64,000 nucleotides of DNA from Octopus bimaculoides (GCF_001194135.2 NC_068982.1:118979438-119043437); one strand, 5' to 3'. Numbered from the stretch's first letter, positions 1 through 13,202 are shown. Numbers and translations: made by a program. Notes: generated by a model not told the origin, from the letters alone.

Positions 1-1979
1 ATATATATATGTGTGTGTGTGCATGTGTCTGTGTGTTTGTGTGCATGTGTCTGTGTGTTTGTGTGTTTGTATTCCGTAATTTACTAGTTTTATATAAGTA
101 ATGTTACATAAACAGAAGCTGCTATTTCGTTGCAGTTATGAATTTTTACAGATGGTTATAACATTCTTGCTATATATGCTATCATCGGCGAAAATTACAA
201 AAATAAATATATACAGGATTTATTCTGTTTTCTCTCAATATATCTCATTTTAAAGATATTTTCGCCAGTTTGGCAAAGAAGGCTATGCAAGAGAATTTTG
301 TAACAGAATATCTAGCAATATATTCGATGACATGAAAAAGATCTATAAAAAACTAATATAGAAAGGTTTATGTCCGAATATCTTATGATTTGTGGCCTTT
401 CTCCTTTGGGACAGCACATAAATGCCCTCTCTGCATACAAATTAGATTGCATTTGAAGTGAGTTCAACTACATAAAAGAAAATGTTTTGACATAGAGAAG
501 TCTAATAATTATTATTTTGTAACGTGCACATAACAAACCAGTCGTATATAATTTATAGGAACCTTCCAAGTTTAATGGCACCGTTACTTTTTTGATATCT
601 GAAGAAGAAAAAATAACAAGAAAAATACCAAAGGTCAAAAAATAAATTATGTAAGACGAATACAATACAATGCTGGATATCTGGTTTCATTACTGACATG
701 AATCACGTGTATATCTGACATATCGAAAACTGATTATTCCATTGGCTTCTAAGAAATAAACTTAGGCCGAAATGAAGCATAAACATTCAATGTAGAGATT
801 TTGATTTTCATTACTCTCGGTGCGGAATATCTTAAAAGATGGGGCCTATTAGCATAAAGCAACGTAAGCTAATTTTACGTAGATTATAACCCTCGTTTTC
901 TCACTAAATACGGTTTGAAAACATGAATTATGTTTATTTAGTGGGGAAGAAGTTGTTTCTAAATTACAACTTTGGTTAACGTACAACATAGTCTTACTGG
1001 ATGTCGGTGTACCTTTAGATATATAGTCTTCATGTATAATAAACTGAAGAAGCGATGTCTGTATACACATGAAGAATTTGATTAGATTACCGAGAAAAAT
1101 GTTCAGGGTCTGGCCATCTATTAGCATGATAAATCAGTTCAGTCAAATATATCTTAAGATATGCAAGACTAAGCTATATACTGGCACACAATAAAAGTAG
1201 TAGAATATACAAACATTTTAGCTTAATTAGGCAAAAAGATGTTGCATCAGAGTCTGCTGGAAATTGATTTCAAAATAGAGTAAGAAATACGGTGCAGCAT
1301 CGAATATTGCACTGCGCATAAGAAAAGGTGTTTATCAAAGGACTAAACATAAGCTATGTAAACAGCACAGTAAAATATAAATTTGTTATGTTTTATGTTT
1401 ACATTGTAATTTACGGTGGAGATTGATGTTTACGCTACTACAGAATGTGGGGAAATTATTACAATTTAAAATATAATTATATTATATATATACAATCTTT
1501 GATAGTATAAATGTCGAAACACGCAAAGTCTTTATAATTTTATATTGTTATCGAATTCCTTTGTAACGATGTAATCTTCTAGGTTAAATATATATGTTAA
1601 AAATGAATAAAATACACTATTTCGCCAAATTACTTTCTTTATACATCACACATGATTAATTTCTTTCTAAGAAAGGAAATAATAATTTCTCTACTTTGAG
1701 AATTCTGCCAGAAAATTTTTGTATGGTTTACAGTCGCTAACAATTGTTTCTTGTATACCAATTTCCTAACTGAAAACACCGTCCAAACCACGGAAAATGT
1801 GAATTTTCTTTGTAATTGAGTAGAATCCTTGAAACAGAGGGCTTCTTTGAACTGCCAAAAATTAGTGCAAAATGTGGAACAGCTGAATAAGTTTTATTCC
1901 GTGAGGAACACACGACCAGAGAAATAGGGGCTTACTGGTGTTCAGTAAATACATTCATCTCTTTTTCTATCTTACTCTG

Positions 1980-1995
1980 TCTGTCTGTCTCTTTC

Positions 1996-2071
<76 letters not shown>
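1980..2071. repeat. (CT)n microsatellite
   Basis: Direct reading of a long, nearly pure (CT)n run. Confidence 0.95.
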
Positions 2072-2073
<2 letters not shown>

Positions 2074-2599
2074 GTTTTGGATAAACTATACTAAGTTCTT
2101 GTTGAATTCACATAAACCCCAAAAGAATAATCACACCCGCACAAACTTTAATTAGTTGTGTCTGGATTCAAGTTCGAGGTACTCCTTGCGATTATAGATA
2201 TGTTGAATAAGAATGCACTTTTGTGAAGTGACCTGAATTCCACCCCTGGAGCCATATTTTTTAAACTACAAAAATAGCATTAAGGATGGTATTCTACAAC
2301 TCCGAAAACTACGTTATATTCCCAGATCTTCTGAAATAATCAGCAGCATCACTTACCCAGAAAAAGGAAGCAGAATGAAGAACTGAGACTAGATGCTACA
2401 TATCTCTTTCTCTAACATTTCATACATTTAGATATTTAGAATGTATCGTCTGAAAAATAATATACAGCTATCTTGAGACAAATAACATCCCTTATATTTA
2501 CAGCTTTTACTCATACAGGACACAGTTGCTTCACAAAATAACTACGACGCCATAATTATATATTTACCAACGTTCCTACGTATACAGGCCTTGAATAAT

Positions 2600-2930
2600 G
2601 AAGCCTGTAACTAGATTTTTCACGGAATTATTCCTCACACATTAAGAGAAGCAGAGTTCACTGTAAAACTCAAAGCAAGACTCTTCGACATAAGAGGAAA
2701 TTAATATTTTGTGGGCAAAGTTTTATTTCTATAAAGTCGGCTTCAATAAGTGGAGTATCTCAAGACACAGTTCTAGTGTCACTAATATTCATCCTCACAT
2801 TATGAGGCATATACAGATGATCCCAAAATGCTGATAGCTTTCAAAAACGCAGAAGTTTGTCACGTATATCACAATGAGCTAAACCTAATCAATCGAGGGA
2901 CAGCTGAAAGTAATATTAACATAACCGTGT
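2600..2930 (+). mobile_element. Degenerate CR1/Jockey-group LINE reverse transcriptase fragment
   Basis: Manual translation gives HGIIPHTLREAEFTVKL, SGVSQDTVLVSLIFILTL and AYTDDPKM...NELNLINR. These resemble the RT segments HG..L.KL...G..GKL, SGVPQGTVLGPLLF and YADD. Stops and deletions are present. Confidence 0.55.
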
Positions 2931-2956
2931 CCGAAGCATGTCAAATCACTGATGCA

Positions 2957-3001
<45 letters not shown>

Positions 3002-3003
<2 letters not shown>

Positions 3004-3136
3004 TTCTATATTTGAGAGATGAGGAATTATGTACATTAATTACGTTTGATGGATATTTGTCCTGATTTCGTTTGTTGTTAACACAACGTTTCGGCTGATA
3101 TACTCTCCAGCCTTCATCAAGTGTCTAGGTGAAATA
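3002..3136 (-). mobile_element. Hammerhead-bearing SINE-like family, 3' tail (copy A), cut by gap
   Basis: Reverse complement reads gacacTTGATGAaggctggagagtatatcagccGAAACGTTgtgttaacaacaaac...cataattcctcatctctcaaatatagaactg, matching the copies at 50744 and 63194. The first core base is C>T. Confidence 0.85.
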
Positions 3137-3545
3137 NNNNNNNNNNNNNNNNNNNNNNNNNNNNNNNNNNNNNNNNNNNNNNNNNNNNNNNNNNNNNNNN
3201 NNNNNNNNNNNNNNNNNNNNNNNNNNNNNNNNNNNNNNNNNNNNNNNNNNNNNNNNNNNNNNNNNNNNNNNNNNNNNNNNNNNNNNNNNNNNNNNNNNNN
3301 NNNNNNNNNNNNNNNNNNNNNNNNNNNNNNNNNNNNNNNNNNNNNNNNNNNNNNNNNNNNNNNNNNNNNNNNNNNNNNNNNNNNNNNNNNNNNNNNNNNN
3401 NNNNNNNNNNNNNNNNNNNNNNNNNNNNNNNNNNNNNNNNNNNNNNNNNNNNNNNNNNNNNNNNNNNNNNNNNNNTTTATCTATATACATACGCACACAG
3501 ATACATCTACACTCATGTGTATATAAATATTCTCGAATAAATACC

Positions 3546-3569
3546 ATAATAATAATAATAATAATAATA

Positions 3570-3634
<65 letters not shown>

Positions 3635-3660
3635 CATCATTATTATCATTATTATTATTA
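3546..3660. repeat. (AAT)n directly followed by (ATT)n microsatellite
   Basis: Direct reading; the repeat strand switches near 3570. Confidence 0.95.
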
Positions 3661-3661
3661 C

Positions 3662-3737
3662 ATCAGTCGAAACGTTGTGTTAACAACACACAAGATGAGG
3701 ACACATATCTATCAAATGTAAATAATGTAAATAATGA
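3662..3737 (+). mobile_element. Hammerhead-bearing SINE-like family, 3' half of tail (copy B)
   Basis: atcagtcGAAACGTTgtgttaacaacacacaagatgaggacacatatctatcaaatgtaaataatgtaaataat aligns by eye to 50927-51000. Confidence 0.8.
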
Positions 3738-5299
3738 TTTGTTTCTTTATCTATATACATACGCACACAGATACATCTACACTCATGTGTATATAAATAT
3801 TCTCGAATAAATGTGTATATGCAAACTTGTATGATGTTAAGTGGATAGCAGATTTATTTCTAAAAATAATTATTAATGCATTGACATAACGATTTTTCTG
3901 CGTGCTTTTTATAGATGTACACGTGAATATAATTTCGCATTTCAACATAAATACAATGAGTAGTAAAAATTATGGACATCTCTTCCTATGAGCCAACAAT
4001 AGGAAGATATATGCATACACACACACAAACACACGCATACACATACATACATATATCATTTACTTTCTATCTCTCTCCCCTCACTCTTACTCTGCCTCTC
4101 AATTCATATATATATATATATATATATATATGCTCACACTCATAATACAGTAGATTTCTCTGGCGATACGGTGGTAAAAGGTTGTCAAGTATATCATCTT
4201 TTATAATATATGTTTTATTGTAAGTTGAAAAAGGAAGCAAAATTAATCTATATTGTAAGTTTTTTTTAAGAATTTCCTGTGTTTACCGCATACCGTTTCG
4301 AATTTACCATATTCTTCTGTATAGCCGTGGGGATTATACTTATAACGGAATACTATAATTATATCAATACAATTTTCAATTTTGAATTGTTATTCACAGT
4401 GAAATTTGCGTATAGTTATTGACATCTGATAAAGTTGAGAGGTAAACATTTAACATGAAAACATTTTACGAAGAAACATTTCCTCACACCAGCACTTGTA
4501 TTGCTCATCAGACATTTCAAATTCTTATTTGCTTTCAATGAAAACTTGTGTCTCGGCTATTTTTAGTTCATATCACACTCGTTATGCAATGTTGCTTTTA
4601 CTCAGAGTACGTTGTCATTCTGGTTATACTCTTCAAGTTATACAAAAGTCAAATCACAGAAAAAAGCGTATCATTAACGAAAAATGCATTGAAATCTAAA
4701 TGCAACATTCTATCCCAGAGTTTGAAAGTTTCATATTATACGGAATGCTATTCTTAATCTTCATCAGGTCATCATGTGAAATGTAATCCTGAACAATGCT
4801 CACAAGCATATAGCTCATCGGTTAAATCCAACCGTAGAATAGAGCAGATGCAAGCTCACGCAGCACATGGGCAGTATGGTTTCAATCATGGCAATAGTTT
4901 CTAGTGAGACTTCTATTATTAGTAGTAAAAAATATTTATTTCTCACACAGGGGATGTACAATAACCTGAAATTTATGCGTACAATGAAACAAAAATTCTA
5001 TTATTCATCAACATGAAAAATACTTATTTAAAGTAATTATCATTCTTACTTTCATGAATTTCACACACATAATTGTATTAATGGCTGGATATATTACGCA
5101 TTTCGCATCAGTCTCTTGAATAGATGAATGTGTGATACATTAATTTGAAATTGTCATGAATGAAACCAGTGAAATTCCAATGACTAATCTTTATTTTGTG
5201 CGTTCATAATTAATTTTGCATAGGCATTCTCATGTTGCTTTCTTATATCAATGGTTTGAATAATCGGTAACTCTATGCTCAGTAGTAACTGAAAACACT

Positions 5300-5520
5300 G
5301 CATCTAGTAGTAATAACTTGTTTAAAATTTTTGCACAAGGCCTACAGATATAGGGGGATATGGTTAGTCAATTTCAATGATCCCATAGCTTTACTGACAA
5401 TTTACTTTAACAACCTCAAACGATGGGAGGAAAAGTTGATTGACATTAGTTGTTTTTGAACCTCTACGTAAAATGCCGGAAACATGCTACTAAACAAATT
5501 GTCTCATGTGTCAACAGTTC
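5300..5520 (-). mobile_element. Highly decayed tRNA-derived SINE (family of 62104-62544)
   Basis: The 3' motif ggccttgtgcaaaa and scattered internal blocks resemble the better preserved copy at 62104. Confidence 0.45.
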
Positions 5521-5533
5521 TGCCAGTCTGTAA

Positions 5534-5771
5534 TCTATATCTATAAAAGGGAGAATGTGTGTGTGTGTGTACGTGAATGTAGTTTATGCACGTCCACAAA
5601 TTAGCACGCATGTCGCTCCAATTTTAGGAGGACATTGTTCATGACCCTACCTGCGTTTTCGGCAACTTTTTCTCTGAGAGGCACCCGCGTATAGCTGTAA
5701 ACATCGATAAACTTTTACCAATTTTGAAGTTTGTTGACATAGCGAAGTCAAATCTGTGCGTACGCGCGTAA

Positions 5772-5814
<43 letters not shown>

Positions 5815-7003
5815 NNNNNNNNNNNNNNNNNNNNNNNNNNNNNNNNNNNNNNNNNNNNNNNNNNNNNNNNNNNNNNNNNNNNNNNNNNNNNNNNNNNNNN
5901 NNNNNNNNNNNNNNNNNNNNNNNNNNNNNNNNNNNNNNNNNNNNNNNNNNNNNNNNNNNNNNNNNNNNNNNNNNNNNNNNNNNNNNNNNNNNNNNNNNNN
6001 NNNNNNNNNNNNNNNNNNNNNNNNNNNNNNNNNNNNNNNNNNNNNNNNNNNNNNNNNNNNNNNNNNNNNNNNNNNNNNNNNNNNNNNNNNNNNNNNNNNN
6101 NNNNNNNNNNNNNNNNNNNNNNNNNNNNNNNNNNNNNNNNNNNNNNNNNNNNNNNNNNNNNNNNNNNNNNNNNNNNNNNNNNNNNNNNNNNNNNNNNNNN
6201 NNNNNNNNNNNNNNNNNNNNNNNNNNNNNNNNNNNNNNNNNNNNNNNNNNNNNNNNNNNNNNNNNNNNNNNNNNNNNNNNNNNNNNNNNNNNNNNNNNNN
6301 NNNNNNNNNNNNNNNNNNNNNNNNNNNNNNNNNNNNNNNNNNNNNNNNNNNNNNNNNNNNNNNNNNNNNNNNNNNNNNNNNNNNNNNNNNNNNNNNNNNN
6401 NNNNNNNNNNNNNNNNNNNNNNNNNNNNNNNNNNNNNNNNNNNNNNNNNNNNNNNNNNNNNNNNNNNNNNNNNNNNNNNNNNNNNNNNNNNNNNNNNNNN
6501 NNNNNNNNNNNNNNNNNNNNNNNNNNNNNNNNNNNNNNNNNNNNNNNNNNNNNNNNNNNNNNNNNNNNNNNNNNNNNNNNNNNNNNNNNNNNNNNNNNNN
6601 NNNNNNNNNNNNNNNNNNNNNNNNNNNNNNNNNNNNNNNNNNNNNNNNNNNNNNNNNNNNNNNNNNNNNNNNNNNNNNNNNNNNNNNNNNNNNNNNNNNN
6701 NNNNNNNNNNNNNNNNNNNNNNNNNNNNNNCATCCCCAATGCAAACCTTCAGATCAACCTTTTCCTATGCATATCTCTAATGCAACTTTAAAAAAAAAAC
6801 AGTCAATGAATGGAAATAACCAATAAACTGATTCCTTATGAGATTTCCCAATCAAATTGCCAGCAAACCATTTTCAGCCAAACCAATTTCAATGGATTTC
6901 GCTCAAATCTGATGTCCATGTTACTTATTTTGGTTTGAAATAAAGCACTTGATCACTTAATAATCCTAGCTTAATCCCGAGCAGCACCGGGCTATACTGC
7001 TAG
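5534..7003 (+). mobile_element. Non-autonomous Helitron (interior partly in gap)
   Basis: 5' end A|TCTATATCTATAAAAG followed by (GT)n. 3' end has the hairpin CCCG-agcagcac-CGGG (6976-6991), 8 nt, then CTAG|T at 7000-7004. This matches the Helitron TC...CTRR termini and A^T insertion site. Linkage of the two ends across the 916-N gap is assumed. Confidence 0.65.
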
Positions 7004-7214
7004 TAAAAATTATAAAATTAGCGGATGAATGGATGGATGGATGGATGGATGGATGGATTGGTAGATAGATAGATAGATAAATAGATAAAATTTACTTGGA
7101 AATGGATGCGTGGCTTTCGATCATATAATAATATAAATAATATATAAATATATGCATATATATATATGTAGGTATGTACATTTATGTATGTATATATGCA
7201 TATATTTATATATT

Positions 7215-7224
7215 ATTTATATTA

Positions 7225-7271
<47 letters not shown>

Positions 7272-7310
7272 GTTATTATTGTTGTTATTATCATTATTAT
7301 TATTATTATA
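7215..7310. repeat. (ATT)n microsatellite
   Basis: Direct reading; it explains the poly-Ile ORF 7152-7403. Confidence 0.95.
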
Positions 7311-7669
7311 CGTGGAATAGTGAATCACATACTATCTTCAAAGGATAATAGAATCTTGTGGGCGAATATGATAGACACATTCAGTAAAATCTTTATGAGG
7401 TGAGTAAAGCATTAAATTACTTCTTTCGCGACTACATAAAAAAGAAACCTTTTTTTTAGAATTCTCACTTTGCGAAAAACAATATGTTCAAAACACAAGA
7501 GTCAATGAAAATGCATAGTCAATCCGAAACCATTCAATACACCCTAAAAGCAAAACATCACTTGCAATACACAACAAAATGTAAGTAAATTACACTGCAA
7601 ATAAAATTAGCATTTTATATCAAAGCAGACACCATACTACTAGACGTGGTCGAAAAGTAAGCAAGCTAG

Positions 7670-7800
7670 ATTATGTTTTTCAAATTTTGGCACAGGGACA
7701 GCAAGTTTGGGGGACAAGTAAGTCGATTACATTGATCCCAATACTCAACTGCTACTTATCTTTTTGACTCCGAAATAATGAGAGGCAGAGTAACTCTAGA
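7670..7800 (-). mobile_element. Decayed SINE 3' fragment (family of 62104-62544)
   Basis: ttttggcacagg...gtcgattacattgatcccaatactcaactgctacttat resembles the reverse complement of the family 3' part. Confidence 0.5.
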
Positions 7801-8514
7801 TTATTGAGTTACAAATTTTGTGTAAGAAATAACCGTAGACAAATGGGTTCTGAGATTTGAAGAGGACGCAATGCCAATAGTGTAAATAGAATGAAAATCA
7901 CAAGAATCTTCAAAACTTTCATTTTAACCTGATAACAACCAACTGTTGAATACAAAGACTAACGTAGCGTAAGCTTCTATTTAATTTATATGTGCGAGTT
8001 AATTGCTTAAAGCTATTCCAGCATTCGACTTTCATCTGGTTAAATATATAATTTATCCTTCTTTTCATGACAAAATTTCAGAAGAATAAGACAAAAACAT
8101 ACAGGTGCACGCCCGTAGCCACTCCAAAGCCCAAGTTTTTATTCACCAAACATAAAGAATAACAACTCTCACCAAAATGAGAATATATGAAAATCTGGTC
8201 AATCAGATCAGGTAAAATGTCTATGAAGCCAACATGAATATTACCAGTTATTCCCTAATATTCATTAGATATTTAATTTGTTGTAGAGCTACAGATTCCT
8301 CCAAAACAAATGTAATTGCCGAAATATTAAATGGCGTTGCTTTGCGTATTGACTAACGGCGTCGTGTATTGGCTTCTGGTTTGAGTGGAGTGAACAACAG
8401 TACGATTTTATATAAAATGAAACCCATTTGGATAGCCACTGCTTGGCTCGTATTCCTTGACTCATGATGGTTACAAGTAATTTATTAAAGCGACAAGAAG
8501 GTAGAATCTTTAGC

Positions 8515-8625
8515 AAACCGGGCAAAATGCTTAGTGGTATTTTGTACGTCTTTACGTTGTGTGTTCAAATTCCGCTGAGGTGGACTTTGCATTTCATTCT
8601 TTCGGGTCTGTAAAATAAATGGCAG
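8515..8625 (+). mobile_element. SINE fragment (family of 62104-62544)
   Basis: ccgggcaaaatgcttagtggtattttgtacgtctttacgttgtgtgttcaaattccgctgaggtggactttgcatttcattc aligns to 62352-62435. Confidence 0.75.
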
Positions 8626-9145
8626 GTGAATAACATTGCTGACCTAACATTGCTGACCCTGTGCCAAAATTTGAAACTGATATGAAACTCATTTGAGAGT
8701 TGATTGAGGTAATACAAGCTGTGTATCAAACAATGTCGCAATGTAAACAAATATTTTGCCTAATGCGTTAAATAAAGTAAACTTTGGTGCGAGTATCCTA
8801 ACACTGAATTTTCCATTATGGACAAAGCTACCAATCCAATAATGATTCAATATTGTGCAATTTGTGTTTGGCCAAAAATACCACAATATAAAACGTTGAA
8901 GAAAGATAAATGATAAGAAAGGCATAGGGTATCTCAATTTGCGAACACATTGATTAAGTACAGTATTCCATCTCAGGGCCACACAGAAAGAAACAGTGAC
9001 GTCTCACACAACTTAAATGTCAGCACGATCTTGAACATAACCGTACTCGAAATTCTGAGCACTAACGCAAAACGATGCAGTATAGAAATGTAAATATGTA
9101 TGCATAAAGAGACGCACAAATGCGCGCGAGCACTAATATACATAT

Positions 9146-10342
9146 TGTTACGAACGCCCGCACGCGAAGCGCCTCCTTAACACCGAAGAGGGGACCCGCG
9201 CACGCGCGAACGTTCAACACTCAGTGAGCTACCAAATTCGTCTGTTGGTCACCTGACCGCGATAATAAAGCCCCGGCTGGAGCACGTAACGAAGAATAAC
9301 ACAGGCAAAAAGGACGGGAGGAAGAAACAACACGAAGACCATGCGTTGGGTAACCTTTTCTTTTTACATACATAACATCACAGAATACATTTAAAACATT
9401 AGAATAGAGCATTACATAATAACAATTCCAATACATGGCATGACAGTTCAATAACGTTGACAAAGTTTCCAAACAATTATAAGCTTTTCAATCANNNNNN
9501 NNNNNNNNNNNNNNNNNNNNNNNNNNNNNNNNNNNNNNNNNNNNNNNNNNNNNNNNNNNNNNNNNNNNNNNNNNNNNNNNNNNNNNNNNNNNNNNNNNNN
9601 NNNNNNNNNNNNNNNNNNNNNNNNNNNNNNNNNNNNNNNNNNNNNNNNNNNNNNNNNNNNNNNNNNNNNNNNNNNNNNNNNNNNNNNNNNNNNNNNNNNN
9701 NNNNNNNNNNNNNNNNNNNNNNNNNNNNNNNNNNNNNNNNNNNNNNNNNNNNNNNNNNNNNNNNNNNNNNNNNNNNNNNNNNNNNNNNNNNNNNNNNNNN
9801 NNNNNNNNNNNNNNNNNNNNNNNNNNNNNNNNNNNNNNNNNNNNNNNNNNNNNNNNNNNNNNNNNNNNNNNNNNNNNNNNNNNNNNNNNNNNNNNNNNNN
9901 NNNNNNNNNNNNNNNNNNNNNNNNNNNNNNNNNNNNNNNNNNNNNNNNNNNNNNNNNNNNNNNNNNNNNNNNNNNNNNNNNNNNNNNNNNNNNNNNNNNN
10001 NNNNNNNNNNNNNNNNNNNNNNNNNNNNNNNNNNNNNNNNNNNNNNNNNNNNNNNNNNNNNNNNNNNNNCCAACTGCCTCTGCTGGCTGCCAGAACTCCA
10101 CTGGCCAAAAATTCTCTGCTCACTGCTTCGGCCGACTGCTTCCCGCCAATTCCTGTCCTGCTGAACTTTCGGTGACCGGAAAGGGGGCAGCTACGCTAAA
10201 AATAGCTGTGGTCGCCGACGAGACAAAGGAAATACCATTGTCCCCAACTGACCAGGGTACGGGTTCAAAACCCAGCCCGGGAGATAGGGATATAATGCCA
10301 ACTGTATTTTCGGTCGTCTCATCAATATGTACTCACCAAACA
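9146..10342 (-). mobile_element. Possible solo LTR (GC/CpG-rich, interrupted by gap)
   Basis: A CpG-rich, non-coding block in an AT-rich background begins TGTT at 9146 and ends AACA at 10342. No clean TSD (catat/tatac) and no PBS were seen. Confidence 0.35.
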
Positions 10343-12904
10343 TATACGAACATACACATAGATAAATAAATAAACACATACACACATATATAAATTTAAA
10401 GAATAAGACCAGGATTGTCTTCGCTGTAAAAAAAGTACGGATGTGGATCATAATATATATAGCTTAAATCAAAATAACTTCACTGAACATTGTTAATTAG
10501 CATTGCTTCGAGACGATCGCAGACATATTATTTCAATAGTCATCCAATAGTTAAGAATTAGCTAACGCCAGGGAACAACTTGGTTAAGTTAAATTAATTA
10601 TATCTCACCACAATATTCCAAATTGATAGTGAAAGCCTGGACATGTCTCTACAAGTTTTCCCAATAAAAACGAAATGAGAAAATGAATTATTGAGTTCAA
10701 TACGAGGAAAGAAAATTTCAATAACTCTAGAAGTTGAGAAACATTGCAAAGATGAGCCCAAATAGAAAGGAGGACACGTTAACAGTATTGGAAAGAGCAA
10801 AGTAATAAAGTTTCAGTGAGTGTTGATATTGTACGAATTAGAATTATGTAGTTCAGCTAATGAATAGGATTGTCTATGTATCGACATAATAGTAGATGAC
10901 GTGTGTAGTAAATGGAAATACTGTAAGAGTTACCTGAAACTCTTGCACAAATCTCAAACAAGGAGATTCATATATATATATATATATATANNNNNNNNNN
11001 NNNNNNNNNNNNNNNNNNNNNNNNNNNNNNNNNNNNNNNNNNNNNNNNNNNNNNNNNNNNNNNNNNNNNNNNNNNNNNNNNNNNNNNNNNNNNNNNNNNN
11101 NNNNNNNNNNNNNNNNNNNNNNNNNNNNNNNNNNNNNNNNNNNNNNNNNNNNNNNNNNNNNNNNNNNNNNNNNNNNNNNNNNNNNNNNNNNNNNNNNNNN
11201 NNNNNNNNNNNNNNNNNNNNNNNNNNNNNNNNNNNNNNNNNNNNNNNNNNNNNNNNNNNNNNNNNNNNNNNNNNNNNNNNNNNNNNNNNNNNNNNNNNNN
11301 NNNNNNNNNNNNNNNNNNNNNNNNNNNNNNNNNNNNNNNNNNNNNNNNNNNNNNNNNNNNNNNNNNNNNNNNNNNNNNNNNNNNNNNNNNNNNNNNNNNN
11401 NNNNNNNNNNNNNNNNNNNNNNNNNNNNNNNNNNNNNNNNNNNNNNNNNNNNNNNNNNNNNNNNNNNNNNNNNNNNNNNNNNNNNNNNNNNNNNNNNNNN
11501 NNNNNNNNNNNNNNNNNNNNNNNNNNNNNNNNNNNNNNNNNNNNNNNNNNNNNNNNNNNNNNNNNNNNNNNNNNNNNNNNNNNNNNNNNNNNNNNNNNNN
11601 NNNNNNNNNNNNNNNNNNNNNNNNNNNNNNNNNNNNNNNNNNNNNNNNNNNNNNNNNNNNNNNNNNNNNNNNNNNNNNNNNNNNNNNNNNNNNNNNNNNN
11701 NNNNNNNNNNNNNNNNNNNNNNNNNNNNNNNNNNNNNNNNNNNNNNNNNNNNNNNNNNNNNNNNNNNNNNNNNNNNNNNNNNNNNNNNNNNNNNNNNNNN
11801 NNNNNNNNNNNNNNNNNNNNNNNNNNNNNNNNNNNNNNNNNNNNNNNNNNNNNNNNNNNNNNNNNNNNNATATATACATATGTATAGAGAAAGAACATAA
11901 TTGCTAATATATCTCTATCTCTAAATAAATAATAAAATATTACTTGTTTGTGCAGTTGTATGTGTATGTAAAAATATGTATATGCAGACACACAGATACG
12001 TACAAACGCATACACACAAACATATGTAAATGTCTTAAAAGATATAAAACTGACGAACATTTCTTGTATAAAATACGCACTCCATGTACAAAGTTAAATA
12101 ATTGAGACAGTTTTATACGACAAATAAACTGATCACATAATTAAGGCAATGTTATTGTCCGGTATTTTGCTTGGTATTTGTCTTATTTCTATAGTGGAAG
12201 TAACCTACGTAATATGTTTAGTAACTACTAGTGCTAGTTTCTGTATATTATGCACAGTTGTAAGACGTTTGTGTGCTTGTGCATAAGTCTACTTGCTTTC
12301 GTCATTCTTAAACATCTGTTTTTTTATTTTTATTTATTTATTTTTTTTTTTCAGGATTCATTTTAGGGTTATCATTATTTGCAGAATTTATATTTAGATA
12401 ATTTCTCCATCTATTGTAGAGAAACATTATTATCTTTTGAAACTGCTTCCAGTTAGGAAGTTGGCAACAATATCTTGTCAGCTATTATGCACTTGCGTAT
12501 TGGCATAACCCAGGTCATAATTGCTTTGACATTCTCGGAGAAATTTTCTGGTGTACATCTGCAACATCAAAATTCTCTTTGGTATTTTATAATATTGTCA
12601 TTTCTCCAAATGTAAGTCTTAAAATTTTGACATAGATTTCGCTAAAACAGGTTACCTACAAATAAATGAGGTTACTCGTGTCTTACACATCTTCGCATAT
12701 CCTACTCTTACATAGCGTATACTGATTCGTTATTGGAAGCTGGTGGTGTAAGGATGGTAGGAATTGGTACAGTGACGAAACATGATGTTCTTAACCATTG
12801 TTGTGAATTTGATTCATCCGTTTCCAATCTTTTCAGCTTTCACAAGTATTGGCCATATATGGGCTCTGCTTGCTATCGTTCATTCGTCGTAATTTTATCA
12901 TTAT

Positions 12905-13035
12905 TATATTGTTGTTGCTGTTGTTGTTGTATTCTTCTTCTTCTTCTTCTTCTTCTTCTTCTTTTTCTTCTTCTTCTTCTTCTTCTTCTTCTTCTTCTTC
13001 TTCTTCTTCTTCTTCTTCTTTTTGCTGCTGCTGTT
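12905..13035. repeat. Compound (TTG)n-(TTC)n-(CTG)n trinucleotide repeat
   Basis: Direct reading; it generates the poly-Glu, poly-Leu and poly-Ser ORFs. Confidence 0.95.
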
Positions 13036-13202
13036 GTTTATCTTGGTGCTGATTTTGCATCGGTGTTATAGGCATACACAAAACGCATGTGTGAATGTGG
13101 ATAAATAAATACGCATAGACAAAAATATATAATTATAATTATTGTATATCAAAATATTAAATTTCCCATTCGCAGGATGTAATAAGTTTTTTATACAAAT
13201 TT

